The notes below the pieces were generated by a model. It searched no databases, was not told where the DNA came from, and saw nothing but the letters and a program-made list of their open reading frames with translations. Below are positions 9,212 to 19,636 of a DNA stretch of 64,000 nt, piece by piece. Source of the DNA: a virus; the IMG/VR virus record IMGVR_UViG_3300005253_000455, positions 5,884-69,883 of that record; one strand, given 5' to 3'. A program made the translations under genes and the position numbers. The first letter of the stretch is position 1; every line of letters begins with the position of its first letter.

Positions 9212-9811
9212 TTATCTCTCCTTTCTTCTCTCCCCAAGAATATAAAGATTATTCTTGGTTTGAGCTCTGTTATTCATAAAATCAAGCATCATTAATTCAC
9301 TTGTGAATCCAGGCTCTCCATTTAAGATATGAGGATAGTTTGGGTGATTGTAGATAACTCCCTCAAGTCTATAATAAGACCTTTTAGAACCTGTGTACAG
9401 AATTATCTCCCATTTTTCAATTCTTAGATCATAACTCCCACCAGTTATTGGTTGTGAATCTTTTCCCATTTTATTCTCCTTTTCTTTATATCCTATTATA
9501 TTTCTAATATCACGTTTGAGTTCTTCATCTGCTTCACTGTGTTCTTCCGGATGCTCATTCTCCCACCATTCAAGACCATTGAGACAACTATCAATTAATT
9601 CTTCAAGCTTTAGGATATGAAAGTAATGCGGGGCATTATTTTTAGTCATTGGAGTTAAGCATCTAATACACTGGTTTTTTCCTAGATGAAAAACATGAGG
9701 ATAAGATAAGGCTTCATCAGAAGCCCGACTCCAACTGAAAAGACAATAGCCCTCACTATGGTAGTTCCCCTTCATTTCATTCTCCTTTCTTCTCTCTAAC
9801 TTCATAAACAA
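9212..9811 (-). CDS. hypothetical protein, possibly two fused ORFs
   Basis: Internal in-frame AAGGAG RBS plus ATG at 9469. Confidence 0.55.
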   Translation of the reverse strand: MFMKLERRKENEMKGNYHSEGYCLFSWSRASDEALSYPHVFHLGKNQCIRCLTPMTKNNAPHYFHILKLEELIDSCLNGLEWWENEHPEEHSEADEELKRDIRNIIGYKEKENKMGKDSQPITGGSYDLRIEKWEIILYTGSKRSYYRLEGVIYNHPNYPHILNGEPGFTSELMMLDFMNNRAQTKNNLYILGERRKER

Positions 9812-10306
9812 TCTTGAAGTTCATCATACCATCAGCACCATTAAATTTATGCTTCCTTACAGCGATTCCAGCCAATTCTTTGAATTGAGAAGGCAGAGCA
9901 ACAAGGGCTGCATTTAGAGCCTTAATTATTTTATTATTAGCTTCTTCACTGGGAGGCTTTGTGTAGATCCAAGTAATCATGGTTTTTTCCCTTTCCTCTT
10001 CTCAAGGTCTTGAACCATTTTAAGAATTGCACAATGAAAACAGTGATCTGCTCCATGCCCTGTGCAATCATAGTATAGTTGCTTAGAAGAACCAGAATCT
10101 ACAAGAAATTTCTTAAGCTTTTCTATTGCTTTCTCATAGCCATAGTCACAACCTCGAAACCAGGCGGGACAAGCAGCATCTGTTCCATCGAAAATTGTTC
10201 CCGGAAGTTTCCTTCCATCTAATTCACCTTCAAAAGTTCCATTGCAAATAGCATCTTTTTTTCTTTTTTCTAACAGTAATTCTTGAGCAAAGCTATCATT
10301 CATCAC
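9777..10306 (-). CDS. Two hypothetical proteins (9777-9980, 9977-10306)
   Basis: Coupled ORFs in operon. Confidence 0.6.
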
Positions 10307-12516
10307 TCACCTCCTTCCTCTTCCTCAACTCCATACTCTTGATAAAAATCACTGAGCCAAGTGAATCTCTCTTGCATACCACTTTTCTCACAAGCTACCT
10401 TGAGCCCGAATTGTGTTCCAGCAAGAGTGACATTATATCTACCCCTAGTTATCCCAGTGTAAATTAGATTTCTAGAAAGCATAAAGCTATGAGCAGGGTG
10501 GACTAGAAGGATAACTTTCTTCCATTCACTTCCTTGACTTTTATGGATTGTGATAGCATAGGCATGTTGTACATCATAGATAGTATCCTTGTCTATCTCA
10601 ATCATTTGACCACCTTCAAGTTCAACATTCATAATCGGACGTTTAACTTTGGTCAAATCTTCACCTTTGATATATCCTTGGTCTCCATTCATGTAATTCT
10701 GATCATAATTATTATGAATTAGAATTATTTTATCTCCAACTGAGAAACCTTTGAACTTGCTAAGTTCTACTCCCTCACGATTGAGAGCATTTCTTAGAAC
10801 TTCATTCAACTCTCCCGTCCCAATCGGGCCCTTCTTCTGTGGAGTGAGAACCTGAATCTCCTCAGGGAGATAATTAGTATCTTCCATGATTTCTCTCACA
10901 ATCAATTGAGGGATATCCTCTGCTGTTCTCTCATCAATCATGCTCATCTGTTTTGCATCAAATTCTATATCATAGTTATTCCCTGAAAGAATACGCCCAG
11001 CATTGAGCGGAATAAGAGAATCATCATCAGTTCTCATTATCTTATTCAATGTAAATACAGGGAAGAAGTCGCTTTCGATTATATCTTGGAAAGGACGCCC
11101 AGCGCCTACCGGCGGGAGCTGGTTTTTATCCCCAACGAGAATCAGCTTTGTTCTGCTCTCATCAAGTCTTTTGAGAAGTTCATTCATAAGAACAGAATCA
11201 ACCATTGAAGCTTCATCAATTATCAAGACATCATGCCACACTTCTTCCAAAGTAAATCCACCTTCATGGGGATTGTATTTCAGATACCTATGGATAGTAG
11301 AAGCAGATCGTCCTGTCATCTCTTCTAAACGCTTGACAGCTTTCCCTGTTGGGCTAAGAAGCTGAACAGTGAGTTTATTCAATTGAGCAAGGCGAAGGAT
11401 TTCTTTTGTGACAAAGGTTTTCCCGACTCCAGCTCCACCTGTGATTACACATATTGCAGATTCTCCATTGAAAACTTGTTTGACAGCTGAGGCTTGATCA
11501 AGATTTAAGATTTCATCAATCTCTACTTCTTTTGGTTCTTCTTTAGTATTTACGAGATTGATAGTTGTTCTCTCAATTTGTCGTTCTGCATTGTAGAGAG
11601 ATTTTAGAGAGACTTGGCTTTTGGCTTTTATCTCATTCTGATAATTATCAAATAAGATAAAAACTTCATCTTGAGTATGAAGTTCTAGAATAGCAGTATC
11701 CATATCATCTTCAAGAACTTGAGCACCAAGATAGTCTCTCATTCCTTTCTCATATTTGCCAGCACCCCATACTAACTTCTGTCTTGTGATATAAGTGTGA
11801 CCACGGTTAGAAGCTTCGTATAGAACATGAGCTACCGCAGCTTGAATTCGATTGGGACTGTTTATATCATATCCCAATTGTCGGGCGATCTTATCAGATT
11901 TAAGAAAGCCGAATCCATCTATATCTTTTATCAATTGATAGGGATTTTCTTGGATAACCTGGACGGTTTTATTTGCACTTCGATAAACTTCCATCAGTTT
12001 CTTGATCGCACCAGTTGTAATCTCATAAGAAGAAAGAACAGCTATTGCATCAGCATCTGCCCCATGCTCCTCAAGAGCACGTTTCATAGCTTCAACGGTT
12101 TCTTCTGGTATATCAAATTTTAGAAGTTCCTCAGGTGCTTCTCGAATTACCTTGAAAGTATTTTCTCTAAATTCATCAATGATATGCTTAGTTTTCACAG
12201 GGCCGAGACCCTTCACATAATTCATCAGGAATTTTTGTTGCCCCTCTTTTGAAACTTCAAAGTCTTCGACAATAACGGAGAATTTGAATTGCTCTCCATA
12301 TTTGGCGTGAATAGTCCATTCACCATGAAGCTTCAATTCACTTTTTATCTCTGGAATGCCATTAATAGCAGCACCAGTTATTGTCACTTTGTTCTTGAAT
12401 TTAGATTCTTCATTGTTCTTCGTGGTTAATGTTCCTATAAAGAATCCATTTTCTTCATTACTAAAAACAATATAAGACAGTTGCCCACTCAGGCTGCTTG
12501 TTTCTTTTTCAGTCAT
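10303..12516 (-). CDS. recD2: RecD2-like SF1B DNA helicase
   Basis: N-terminal OB and HhH (KGLGP, DGFGFLKSD) regions; GGAGVGKT, IIDEASM, VGDKNQLPPVG, AYAITIHKSQGSE, YTGITR. Confidence 0.93.
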   Translation of the reverse strand: MTEKETSSLSGQLSYIVFSNEENGFFIGTLTTKNNEESKFKNKVTITGAAINGIPEIKSELKLHGEWTIHAKYGEQFKFSVIVEDFEVSKEGQQKFLMNYVKGLGPVKTKHIIDEFRENTFKVIREAPEELLKFDIPEETVEAMKRALEEHGADADAIAVLSSYEITTGAIKKLMEVYRSANKTVQVIQENPYQLIKDIDGFGFLKSDKIARQLGYDINSPNRIQAAVAHVLYEASNRGHTYITRQKLVWGAGKYEKGMRDYLGAQVLEDDMDTAILELHTQDEVFILFDNYQNEIKAKSQVSLKSLYNAERQIERTTINLVNTKEEPKEVEIDEILNLDQASAVKQVFNGESAICVITGGAGVGKTFVTKEILRLAQLNKLTVQLLSPTGKAVKRLEEMTGRSASTIHRYLKYNPHEGGFTLEEVWHDVLIIDEASMVDSVLMNELLKRLDESRTKLILVGDKNQLPPVGAGRPFQDIIESDFFPVFTLNKIMRTDDDSLIPLNAGRILSGNNYDIEFDAKQMSMIDERTAEDIPQLIVREIMEDTNYLPEEIQVLTPQKKGPIGTGELNEVLRNALNREGVELSKFKGFSVGDKIILIHNNYDQNYMNGDQGYIKGEDLTKVKRPIMNVELEGGQMIEIDKDTIYDVQHAYAITIHKSQGSEWKKVILLVHPAHSFMLSRNLIYTGITRGRYNVTLAGTQFGLKVACEKSGMQERFTWLSDFYQEYGVEEEEGGE

Positions 12517-12533
12517 TTTAGGTTCCTTTTGGT

Positions 12534-13025
12534 TTAGCGGTTTTTTAGATCTCTCAACAATGCACTTCTTCTCACAGTCAATCGAACAAAAACTTCTAAT
12601 AAGAAAACTTTTGCAACTCTATAAATATCAACATTAGAAGTTTGTCGATTTCCCGCGACGTTTAGAATTTGAGGTTCAACTGATCTTATCCAATTCATAA
12701 CTTCTTCTGGATTGGGATTGCTAAGTTCAATAGTTAAATAAGGTTTTTTTCGTTGCTTCACCTGATTAATTGTAAGTTGGGTACCAAAAGACTTCATATT
12801 AAAAGCAAGAATCAAAGTAGCATCAGCCTCCTTTATATTCTCAATAGTTCGCTCTCGGTAGCCACCTGTATGCTCTTTCAAACCCAAATTTTTGAGAGAT
12901 AGATCAGACCCATTCGTAGTCATCCAACCCTTTGGAGCCCAACCTCCTGTCTCCATCCCTTGTTCTCTTGCAAAGTCTAAAGCGGCTCTATCTACACCCG
13001 TTTGTCCACCAGAGATAATTTTCAT
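12534..13025 (-). CDS. SLOG-family protein (circularly permuted YpsA / putative molybdenum carrier family)
   Basis: KIISGGQTGVDRAALD, GGWAPKG, YRERT, LNVAGNR. Confidence 0.85.
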   Translation of the reverse strand: MKIISGGQTGVDRAALDFAREQGMETGGWAPKGWMTTNGSDLSLKNLGLKEHTGGYRERTIENIKEADATLILAFNMKSFGTQLTINQVKQRKKPYLTIELSNPNPEEVMNWIRSVEPQILNVAGNRQTSNVDIYRVAKVFLLEVFVRLTVRRSALLRDLKNR

Positions 13026-13324
13026 GCTATCTCCTTCTCTACTTTGAAAGCTTCATCAAGACGAATATCTGAAGATTGAACAATGTCACACATTTTATCA
13101 AAGACTAATTGGGATACAGGAATTCTATTGTCTGGACCTTCATGATATTCTCCTGAATAGAAAGCTTTTTCAGCTTGAATTATTTTAAACTTATCTCCAT
13201 TTGCAAGCCAATTAATCATGAAGTGCATATGTTCACAGGCTTCATAAGAATCACCAAGGTTCTCAATTAATTCATGGTAAAAAGAACCATCAACATCACA
13301 ACAATGACTATAAGAGCCTGCCAT
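13022..13324 (-). CDS. hypothetical protein
   Basis: Coupled ORF. Confidence 0.65.
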   Translation of the reverse strand: MAGSYSHCCDVDGSFYHELIENLGDSYEACEHMHFMINWLANGDKFKIIQAEKAFYSGEYHEGPDNRIPVSQLVFDKMCDIVQSSDIRLDEAFKVEKEIA

Positions 13325-14310
13325 TATATCACCTCGCTTTCTACCTTCTCTGCCCCCATTGCTTTCTTCAATTCATCAAAAGAGAAAGGCTCCCATTTAT
13401 CAAACTTATAACCTGCAGGTGCCTCATCAAAATCTTTATGTCCAGTTGTATAGTTACAAATCCCTTTATACTCACAGGCTCCATAGACTGTTCTGCAAGC
13501 ACTAGGGCAATTCCGGGCATAGTGCTTTCCTTCCTCTGCTTCCTCAACCCTATCCCACCAGTAGATTGTATCTTCAAGCCATTGAGAAGCAAAGCCTACT
13601 GCTTTATTCACGGGAATGAATTTGAAAATATCATGATGAGTCTTGTGAACAAGGGCCGCATCAACCAAGACACCCATAGACTTTGCACCATAGAGCATCT
13701 TAAGAGCATAGCCATATCCATCTACTTGGGCATTAGGATCAAACATATCAGTGAAGCCTGCTTGCATCCCATGTTCGATTGAATAAAGTGAGTTTGTTTT
13801 ATGTTCAACTACCCAATGGTATCCCTTCTCTTTTATTATCTTATCAAGACGCCCGACCAACCAACGGTTAGGTTTATCAGGATCAATTGGGACAGCAAAA
13901 GGAAGTTCTACTTCAACAAGTTCAAGAGTTTCAAGCCACTGGGTTCGAGTCTTAACATAATTCATGAGCATTTCCCGGGCCGTCCCAGGAGTCCTTGCCT
14001 TGAATTTAACTTCATCACCTATTGGAATCTCAGGAGGATGCCCGAGTTCTGCCCATTCTTGCAAGAAGCCTTCAAAGGCTATCTTTCCCAATTCAATCCC
14101 TCGGATTCCATTCTCGAAGAAGTTGATATAGAGGAAGTCCATTCCCTTATGCCACGCAGAACCAAAGTCAAGAGGATAGCGTGGATAAGCAGGGACAAGA
14201 TGTTGAATGTAATGGAACCAGAACTTTCTTGGGCAAAGCTTGAACTCAGAGAGTCGGGAGTTGTCTTTGAAGTCTAAATTTAGTAGCAGCGGTGAAGCGG
14301 TTTCAGTCAT
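13324..14310 (-). CDS. PD-(D/E)XK nuclease, Cas4/RecB-like exonuclease
   Basis: CPRKF, FGSAWH, E..GRLD..VEHKT, QVDGY, C-terminal Cys cluster CPSAC...CEYKGIC. Confidence 0.85.
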   Translation of the reverse strand: MTETASPLLLNLDFKDNSRLSEFKLCPRKFWFHYIQHLVPAYPRYPLDFGSAWHKGMDFLYINFFENGIRGIELGKIAFEGFLQEWAELGHPPEIPIGDEVKFKARTPGTAREMLMNYVKTRTQWLETLELVEVELPFAVPIDPDKPNRWLVGRLDKIIKEKGYHWVVEHKTNSLYSIEHGMQAGFTDMFDPNAQVDGYGYALKMLYGAKSMGVLVDAALVHKTHHDIFKFIPVNKAVGFASQWLEDTIYWWDRVEEAEEGKHYARNCPSACRTVYGACEYKGICNYTTGHKDFDEAPAGYKFDKWEPFSFDELKKAMGAEKVESEVI

Positions 14311-14316
14311 TTTAAG

Positions 14317-14535
14317 TTATCCCCCTTTAAGTATATTTCTAAGAGTTAGTATTTCTTCTTCTCGTTCTTGCATCTTTGTTTTTAGTTTCTGAATAAAAGG
14401 AAGAATGTTTTCCCCAATTGAGAAACCTATTGGCATATCTAATTCCCTTCCAATTTCTTGAAAAGGAATTTTATTGTGAAGTTCTCTTGTATGTAGGAGA
14501 TTTTCAAGTTCTGTGGAAAATTCTTGAATATTCAT
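14317..14535 (-). CDS. hypothetical protein
   Basis: ORF with RBS. Confidence 0.6.
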   Translation of the reverse strand: MNIQEFSTELENLLHTRELHNKIPFQEIGRELDMPIGFSIGENILPFIQKLKTKMQEREEEILTLRNILKGG

Positions 14536-14879
14536 TATTCTTTCTCCGTTTCAAAAGTTATATCAGCAATCTTCATTCCTGTTGGGCTAGTCCTAACTTT
14601 CATCTTTGCCCTAAATCCTTCTAAAGCTGATGTATCTATTGTTAAATCTTTCTTTCTCATTAAGTTTAGGAGATAATGAAAGTTTTCTAATATTTTATTC
14701 ATTGCTCTGCTCCTTCAAAGAAGGGAAAAGGTTACAGTCCTCTCAAATGCATGATCCTTAAGTTCAAGAGTTAAAGGATTAAGCCTTGTTTCTCTTTTAA
14801 TAAACTTAAGTGCTATTATATTGAAGACTGCAACCCTCTTTCTGAAAAACTAGAACTTAGCTAAGTCCTGATGAGAAAA

Positions 14880-15239
14880 CTACTCCGTCAAAGAGGCCAT
14901 CAACAATTCTCGCTCTTCTTGAGTCATTTTCTCCATCAGAGCGGTAATCTTGGCCATGCGATTCGCGGCACGTGGTTTACCACTAGGCGGTGACCATTGA
15001 TCCAGTTTACCACCCTCGCTCTTGATTTCATCCTCACTAAGGCCTTGCTGAATCCATTGACGCATTTGCCCTTGCAGTGCAACAGTGATAGAAGAAATAG
15101 CATGGCGATACACAACTTCAGCGCCAATTTCATTGATCATGGCGTTTGCATCTTCGCCAAACTCATATTCAACTTCGAGTTCACCACTGAATTTTTCATC
15201 ATCTTTTTCCCAGTTGGCGGTAGCTTTTATCACAGTCAT
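14880..15239 (-). CDS. hypothetical protein
   Basis: GGAG RBS, coherent ORF. Confidence 0.75.
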   Translation of the reverse strand: MTVIKATANWEKDDEKFSGELEVEYEFGEDANAMINEIGAEVVYRHAISSITVALQGQMRQWIQQGLSEDEIKSEGGKLDQWSPPSGKPRAANRMAKITALMEKMTQEERELLMASLTE

Positions 15240-15282
15240 TGCTTTTACTCCAATTCAGATTGTGAGAGCTTTGCTCTCGGGA

Positions 15283-15900
15283 TTAGCCATCAGAGGGTTC
15301 AGTAGGTTTAACTAAATCTTCTGACGGCTCTGTAGGTGTTTCTCCTTTCTTACTAAGGATTAACTCCCACATCTTACGGGCATTTGGAGTGCCCCAAATT
15401 TCCCGGGAAATTACCGAGTAAACTTCAAGCAATGAAGATTCTTTTCGAGAATCACCCTTAGCTTCAATTACAAGAACATCTTTCCCAGGAAGTTCTTCAA
15501 AGGTTAGAGCTTTTTCACTCTCTCCTTCTTCATTTTCTGAATCATCTATTTGGATATTATCTACTGCGGAAGGGTCAATATCTTTTTTCACATCTGAGAA
15601 TGAACTATCACCACCCTGCATCGTTCTTTCCAGTTGAACTGCCATATCCTCAATCTTATTAATGACTGAGTTTTTTAGGTCTGGAAAATACTCATCAAGT
15701 TTGGTGAGAAGTTCGGTCTCTGTATTGTATGTTGGGATCAGTTTATCATCTCTCATCCCATTTACAAAGGCCATAAGAACAAGAGATATAACGTTTTCTG
15801 CTTGTTGACCTCTTGGGTCTCCTCCATAGACTGAGAGCATATCATAGCAACCTAGAAGGACTTTGTGGTCTACGGTTATTAGAATTTTAGTTTCTGGCAT
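15283..15900 (-). CDS. hypothetical acidic protein
   Basis: AAGGAG RBS, 205 aa. Confidence 0.75.
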   Translation of the reverse strand: MPETKILITVDHKVLLGCYDMLSVYGGDPRGQQAENVISLVLMAFVNGMRDDKLIPTYNTETELLTKLDEYFPDLKNSVINKIEDMAVQLERTMQGGDSSFSDVKKDIDPSAVDNIQIDDSENEEGESEKALTFEELPGKDVLVIEAKGDSRKESSLLEVYSVISREIWGTPNARKMWELILSKKGETPTEPSEDLVKPTEPSDG

Positions 15901-15921
15901 AGTTTTTTAGTTTCTCCTTTT

Positions 15922-16191
15922 TTAGAATTTCTCCGAATAATCAATCCCATGAATTATCTCATAAGGTTGATTCTCGTTGTGTTTCATGATTAAACTTGAA
16001 GCACGCATATCAGGTTCCGGTTCCAAAATTGTCATTTCAAGAACTTCATGTCCTTGATTTGTATGACTTGCAACCCCCGCCTTAGTTTTTAGCTTGACAT
16101 TACAGTCCCGACAATAAGGAACTATTGCTTCTATCTTTGTTTGAAAGATAGCTTGTTCTTGCTGGCCCCAAAATTTATGTTTTTCGGGCAT
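15922..16191 (-). CDS. hypothetical protein with C2H2-like zinc motif
   Basis: CRDC-x12-HTNQGH. Confidence 0.6.
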   Translation of the reverse strand: MPEKHKFWGQQEQAIFQTKIEAIVPYCRDCNVKLKTKAGVASHTNQGHEVLEMTILEPEPDMRASSLIMKHNENQPYEIIHGIDYSEKF

Positions 16192-16299
16192 TATTTCTTC
16201 TCTTTTCAAAATGGGAACCACAACCTCACAGCTAGGAAAAAAGGAGGAAAATCCTAGCGAGGGGAATGAGATTGTGGTTCCTTTTCTTTTTATTATTCT

Positions 16300-18107
16300 T
16301 ATTCATATCCGTACGATGCACACACATTGGGCCTTGGGGTCGCACATGTACCGATAGGCCGTAGTGCTCGCTCTTGCCTTCTTCATTATATCCGGCAAAA
16401 CCCCAAGGCTGTTCATTGACCGCTCATCCTGTCACTCAGTTTGCGTTGCATTTCTTCTATATCCCATTCCTGGCGGCTAATATCATATCCCATCATGTAT
16501 GAGTGCCGTCCACCTACCGGCTCCGGCGGGTTCCTTGCTGATGGCCCCCGTATCTGACTCCCTTTGGCTGTGGCATGGTTATCCCTTCTTTGACAGAACA
16601 CTAGCCCACGCCTTGAATGGGCCGATATGGATCCGTACTGAGAAAGGGAAAGCCTGAGGCCAATATCGAAGTGTAACTCCCAGACTGATCTGGTACGGGT
16701 AGAACGTGAACCCCCCAACTACAGGTCCGATTTGATAGTCGAAATCTCTTGCCCTCATGATGCTGCTTTCTGCTCGATCAGGCGTTTGGCTTTAAATAAA
16801 TAATTTTCGCCAAGCCATGATGTTTGCGTGATTATATGCCACCCCTTCTCTATCGCTTGAGCCAACCCTGTTAACACTTAACATAAGCTTCGCACGCCCA
16901 TAACTGAATCAGCAGGCCAATCTTTGTAGCCCTCAGTTAAATGGAGATAGCTTTCTGTTTCGCGGAAAATTTCTGCTAGTAAGTCTCTCAATTCCTCAAT
17001 CCTCTCATCGCGGGCGGCGAGTTGCTTGAGGAGGAATTTCACATCATCAGTGCTGTTGACAATAAGGTGGTAGCCACGCTTAACGTGGTTCTCAATCTCC
17101 TCTATCCGCTCTTGGTCTGTCATGGGGTTGGCTCCTTTCGGATCAACTCCACTACATTCTCCATGCCCTCTACCGCAGCTTCAGGGCTGTTATAACATGC
17201 GTTTGAATTGAGTATACTTTTATGTATTTCCCCACCGCGAAGCATGTAAATCCAGCCCTTATATTTCCCTTTGGAATCTGGGCCATGAGCCTCACAAAGC
17301 ACTTCGTTTCCCTGGATTTCAAGGGCTGTTATTCTACTAATTCCCATGGTCATTCTCCTCGGTTTCCTGCTCCAGCGCGACAGAACAATTACAAGGCCCT
17401 TTTTGCTCACGGAAAAAGCAGCCTTTATCGTGGTCAATTAGTAGTTGCTCCGGCGCGTTTCGTTCTTCTAATTCACATAACTTGCAAGACTCACCCAATT
17501 CCTTACCGTGGGAACATTTGTCCTCGATGTCTGGGCTTTTCTGCTCCGGCGCGGCGGGGAGGGCGGCTAATAAGCCACAAGAACATTCATTCTCTCCCTT
17601 GAATCGTGTATAGATTCTGCACGCATAGCTATGCTCTACAAATTCCATCAACTCCTCAACCTGCTCGGCGAGGGTGTCGCGCTCGGTCTCGATGGTGTTA
17701 TACATCCCTGCCAATTTGTTATACCTGGTTACCCTGTTTTTCTTATCGGCCAGCAGTTCATTTCCTGCGGCGGTGAGGTTGGAGAGGGCTTTGTCGAAAG
17801 TACATTTCGGACAATCGCTATGACCACACCAGGAGGTGTGTGGATGGATACTCCAAATACAACTCAAATGTTCCAAAGTTGCTTCCGAAGCCTCCACCAG
17901 CGCCGCCAGTTGGGCCTGCAATGAGGCGTTTCTTCCAGCAGTTTCCCAACTGTCTTGAGATGCTTTTTCAGCTTTGGTCTCTGCCGCTTCGGCGCGTTCC
18001 CAAGCCACTCCGTTTTTTATTTCAGCCTCCAACTCCGCGATGCGCTCCAACAATTCATCATCCGTTTGTATTGGGTTTTCCCCACCTATTATATGTTTAA
18101 TATCCAT
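16300..18107 (-). other. Compositionally distinct (GC/CpG-richer) block of small ORFs, including a 256 aa coiled-coil/Cys-His protein (17337-18107)
   Basis: Visible shift to GCG/CGC/ACG-rich sequence; ORFs 16878-17123, about 17120-17349 and 17337-18107, plus a 59 aa ORF MRARDFDYQIG. Confidence 0.6.
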
Positions 18108-18482
18108 TACCTACTCCTTTCAAGGTTTCTCAAAAAGGGAGAGTCTCTGGAACAATCAGTTCAATGGTAGAAGAACTTAATTGCACACACTTGGCAAAGG
18201 GGGGAGACCAAGAGAGACTCTCCTTGTTCTTTTTATTTCTATTTGCTCATCCGAACCAACCTTTAAGTAATGCTTCTCCAAACCCTTCAAGTATTTTTGA
18301 AACTATATAATAAGCAATGATTGCACCTACTATAATCCCAAATAGAAAGACACAGACAAAGTAGAAAATGAACATAAAAATCCCTTTCCTCTTAGGTGTT
18401 CAGATTCTGAATGCTAGTCTTAAATGGGTTCCTCTTTTTCTTTCCTTCAAGTCCTCTTTTTACTTTTCCATTGTAGGCGATT

Positions 18483-18529
18483 ATTATATCAAGACTTTTC
18501 TAGATTGTCAATACAACGGGACGATTTTT
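18483..18529 (-). promoter_or_regulatory. Consensus sigma70 promoter with upstream AAAAATCGTCCC box
   Basis: TTGACA-17-TATAAT with extended TG; box at 18518-18529. Confidence 0.85.
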
Positions 18530-18543
18530 GTGATTTTCTGTTT

Positions 18544-18756
18544 TTAGTATTGGTAATTCGAACCATGAAAGGCCCCAATAACTGCATTATGATGAATTCC
18601 ATATTGATCAATTATTTTCTGAAAATCATCACGAACGTAAGCCATGCTTTCACCTAGATGCTCGCGCTGCATGTTCTCAGCTTGCATTCCAAGAATCTCA
18701 GCTTGAGCACATACTATCTGACCTTGAATATATACAATTTGTTGTTCTCTTGTCAT
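18544..18756 (-). CDS. hypothetical protein
   Basis: ORF with RBS. Confidence 0.65.
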   Translation of the reverse strand: MTREQQIVYIQGQIVCAQAEILGMQAENMQREHLGESMAYVRDDFQKIIDQYGIHHNAVIGAFHGSNYQY

Positions 18757-18759
18757 GGC

Positions 18760-19410
18760 TTAAATCTCCCATAAAAGTTCATTCTTCTCAATTGAGTATT
18801 TCTCAAGGAAAATCTTTATTCTCCTAATTATGTCCTTAAGATAAGAATATCTCTCTTTTGGAGAAAAAGGCTCTGAGTTAAGAATTCTTATTGCAGCAAA
18901 AAAGTTCGTTCGAGACATTTGTAGAATTTGATTTCTTATCTTTACTTGTCTCTCAAAGAAACTTTGATTATAAAAACCTGTAACTGTCTTTGAGTATCCT
19001 GATTTTGGATGTCTTCTATAATATCCAGAACCATAGCAATGAGAGACTGTTCTCACTGTTATTGGATAATCTCTTCTCAATAGATCTCGACTGCACCCCT
19101 TCAGAATCTTTAAAGAATATTCTTTGTTCACTGATTTCTTGAAAAGATCTCCTGGGTTTCGGGAGATAGAGAAACCTTCTCTGACTGCTGTCCAATATTT
19201 GATTTGACACCGGCCCCAAGGCAGGCCGCCTTTCTGGTTTCTTACCTTTCCTACTGAGAAATCAGGAATGGGCTCACCTGGGGTTTCGACTTCATCACAT
19301 ATAATATCTCGCAAAAAAGGATAATCTATTTCTGCTCTAGCAGTCGGTTCTTTCTCAATAGAGAAAAAAAGAAGGATTGCTAGGGCTGTTATTTTAAGGA
19401 GTTCGATCAA
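18760..19410 (-). CDS. Putative lytic transglycosylase (SLT/lysozyme-like fold) with N-terminal signal or anchor
   Basis: Hydrophobic N-terminus, EVET (possible catalytic Glu), WGRCQI, HCYGSG resembling SLT motifs. Confidence 0.5.
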   Translation of the reverse strand: MIELLKITALAILLFFSIEKEPTARAEIDYPFLRDIICDEVETPGEPIPDFSVGKVRNQKGGLPWGRCQIKYWTAVREGFSISRNPGDLFKKSVNKEYSLKILKGCSRDLLRRDYPITVRTVSHCYGSGYYRRHPKSGYSKTVTGFYNQSFFERQVKIRNQILQMSRTNFFAAIRILNSEPFSPKERYSYLKDIIRRIKIFLEKYSIEKNELLWEI

Positions 19411-19636
19411 GGGTTTTTCTCCGGTTATTTTTAAGAAGAGCCCCTAGGTTGTTTCAGTTGTTATTATTCCTTTAAAGATTCCAGAAATTTCAGTTCACAA
19501 TAAGCCACGATACAATTGAGAGAACAGATATTAAGAGCGGTTTTATAAAGAAAATTTGAATCTTGATCAGCTGGTTCCTCAAGATGAAAGACTGGAGGAT
19601 CACAAGGCATCATGCAGATATCACAATCTATCATGA

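Noticed and set aside
13324-14310. Cas4-like nuclease as a sign of CRISPR-Cas
   Set aside because: No repeat-spacer array or other cas genes seen; fits a phage recombination exonuclease
16413-16718. 101 aa ORF from the track
   Set aside because: A different frame (MRARDFDYQIG..., 59 aa, ATGA-coupled start) looks like the real gene; the listed ORF has no clear RBS
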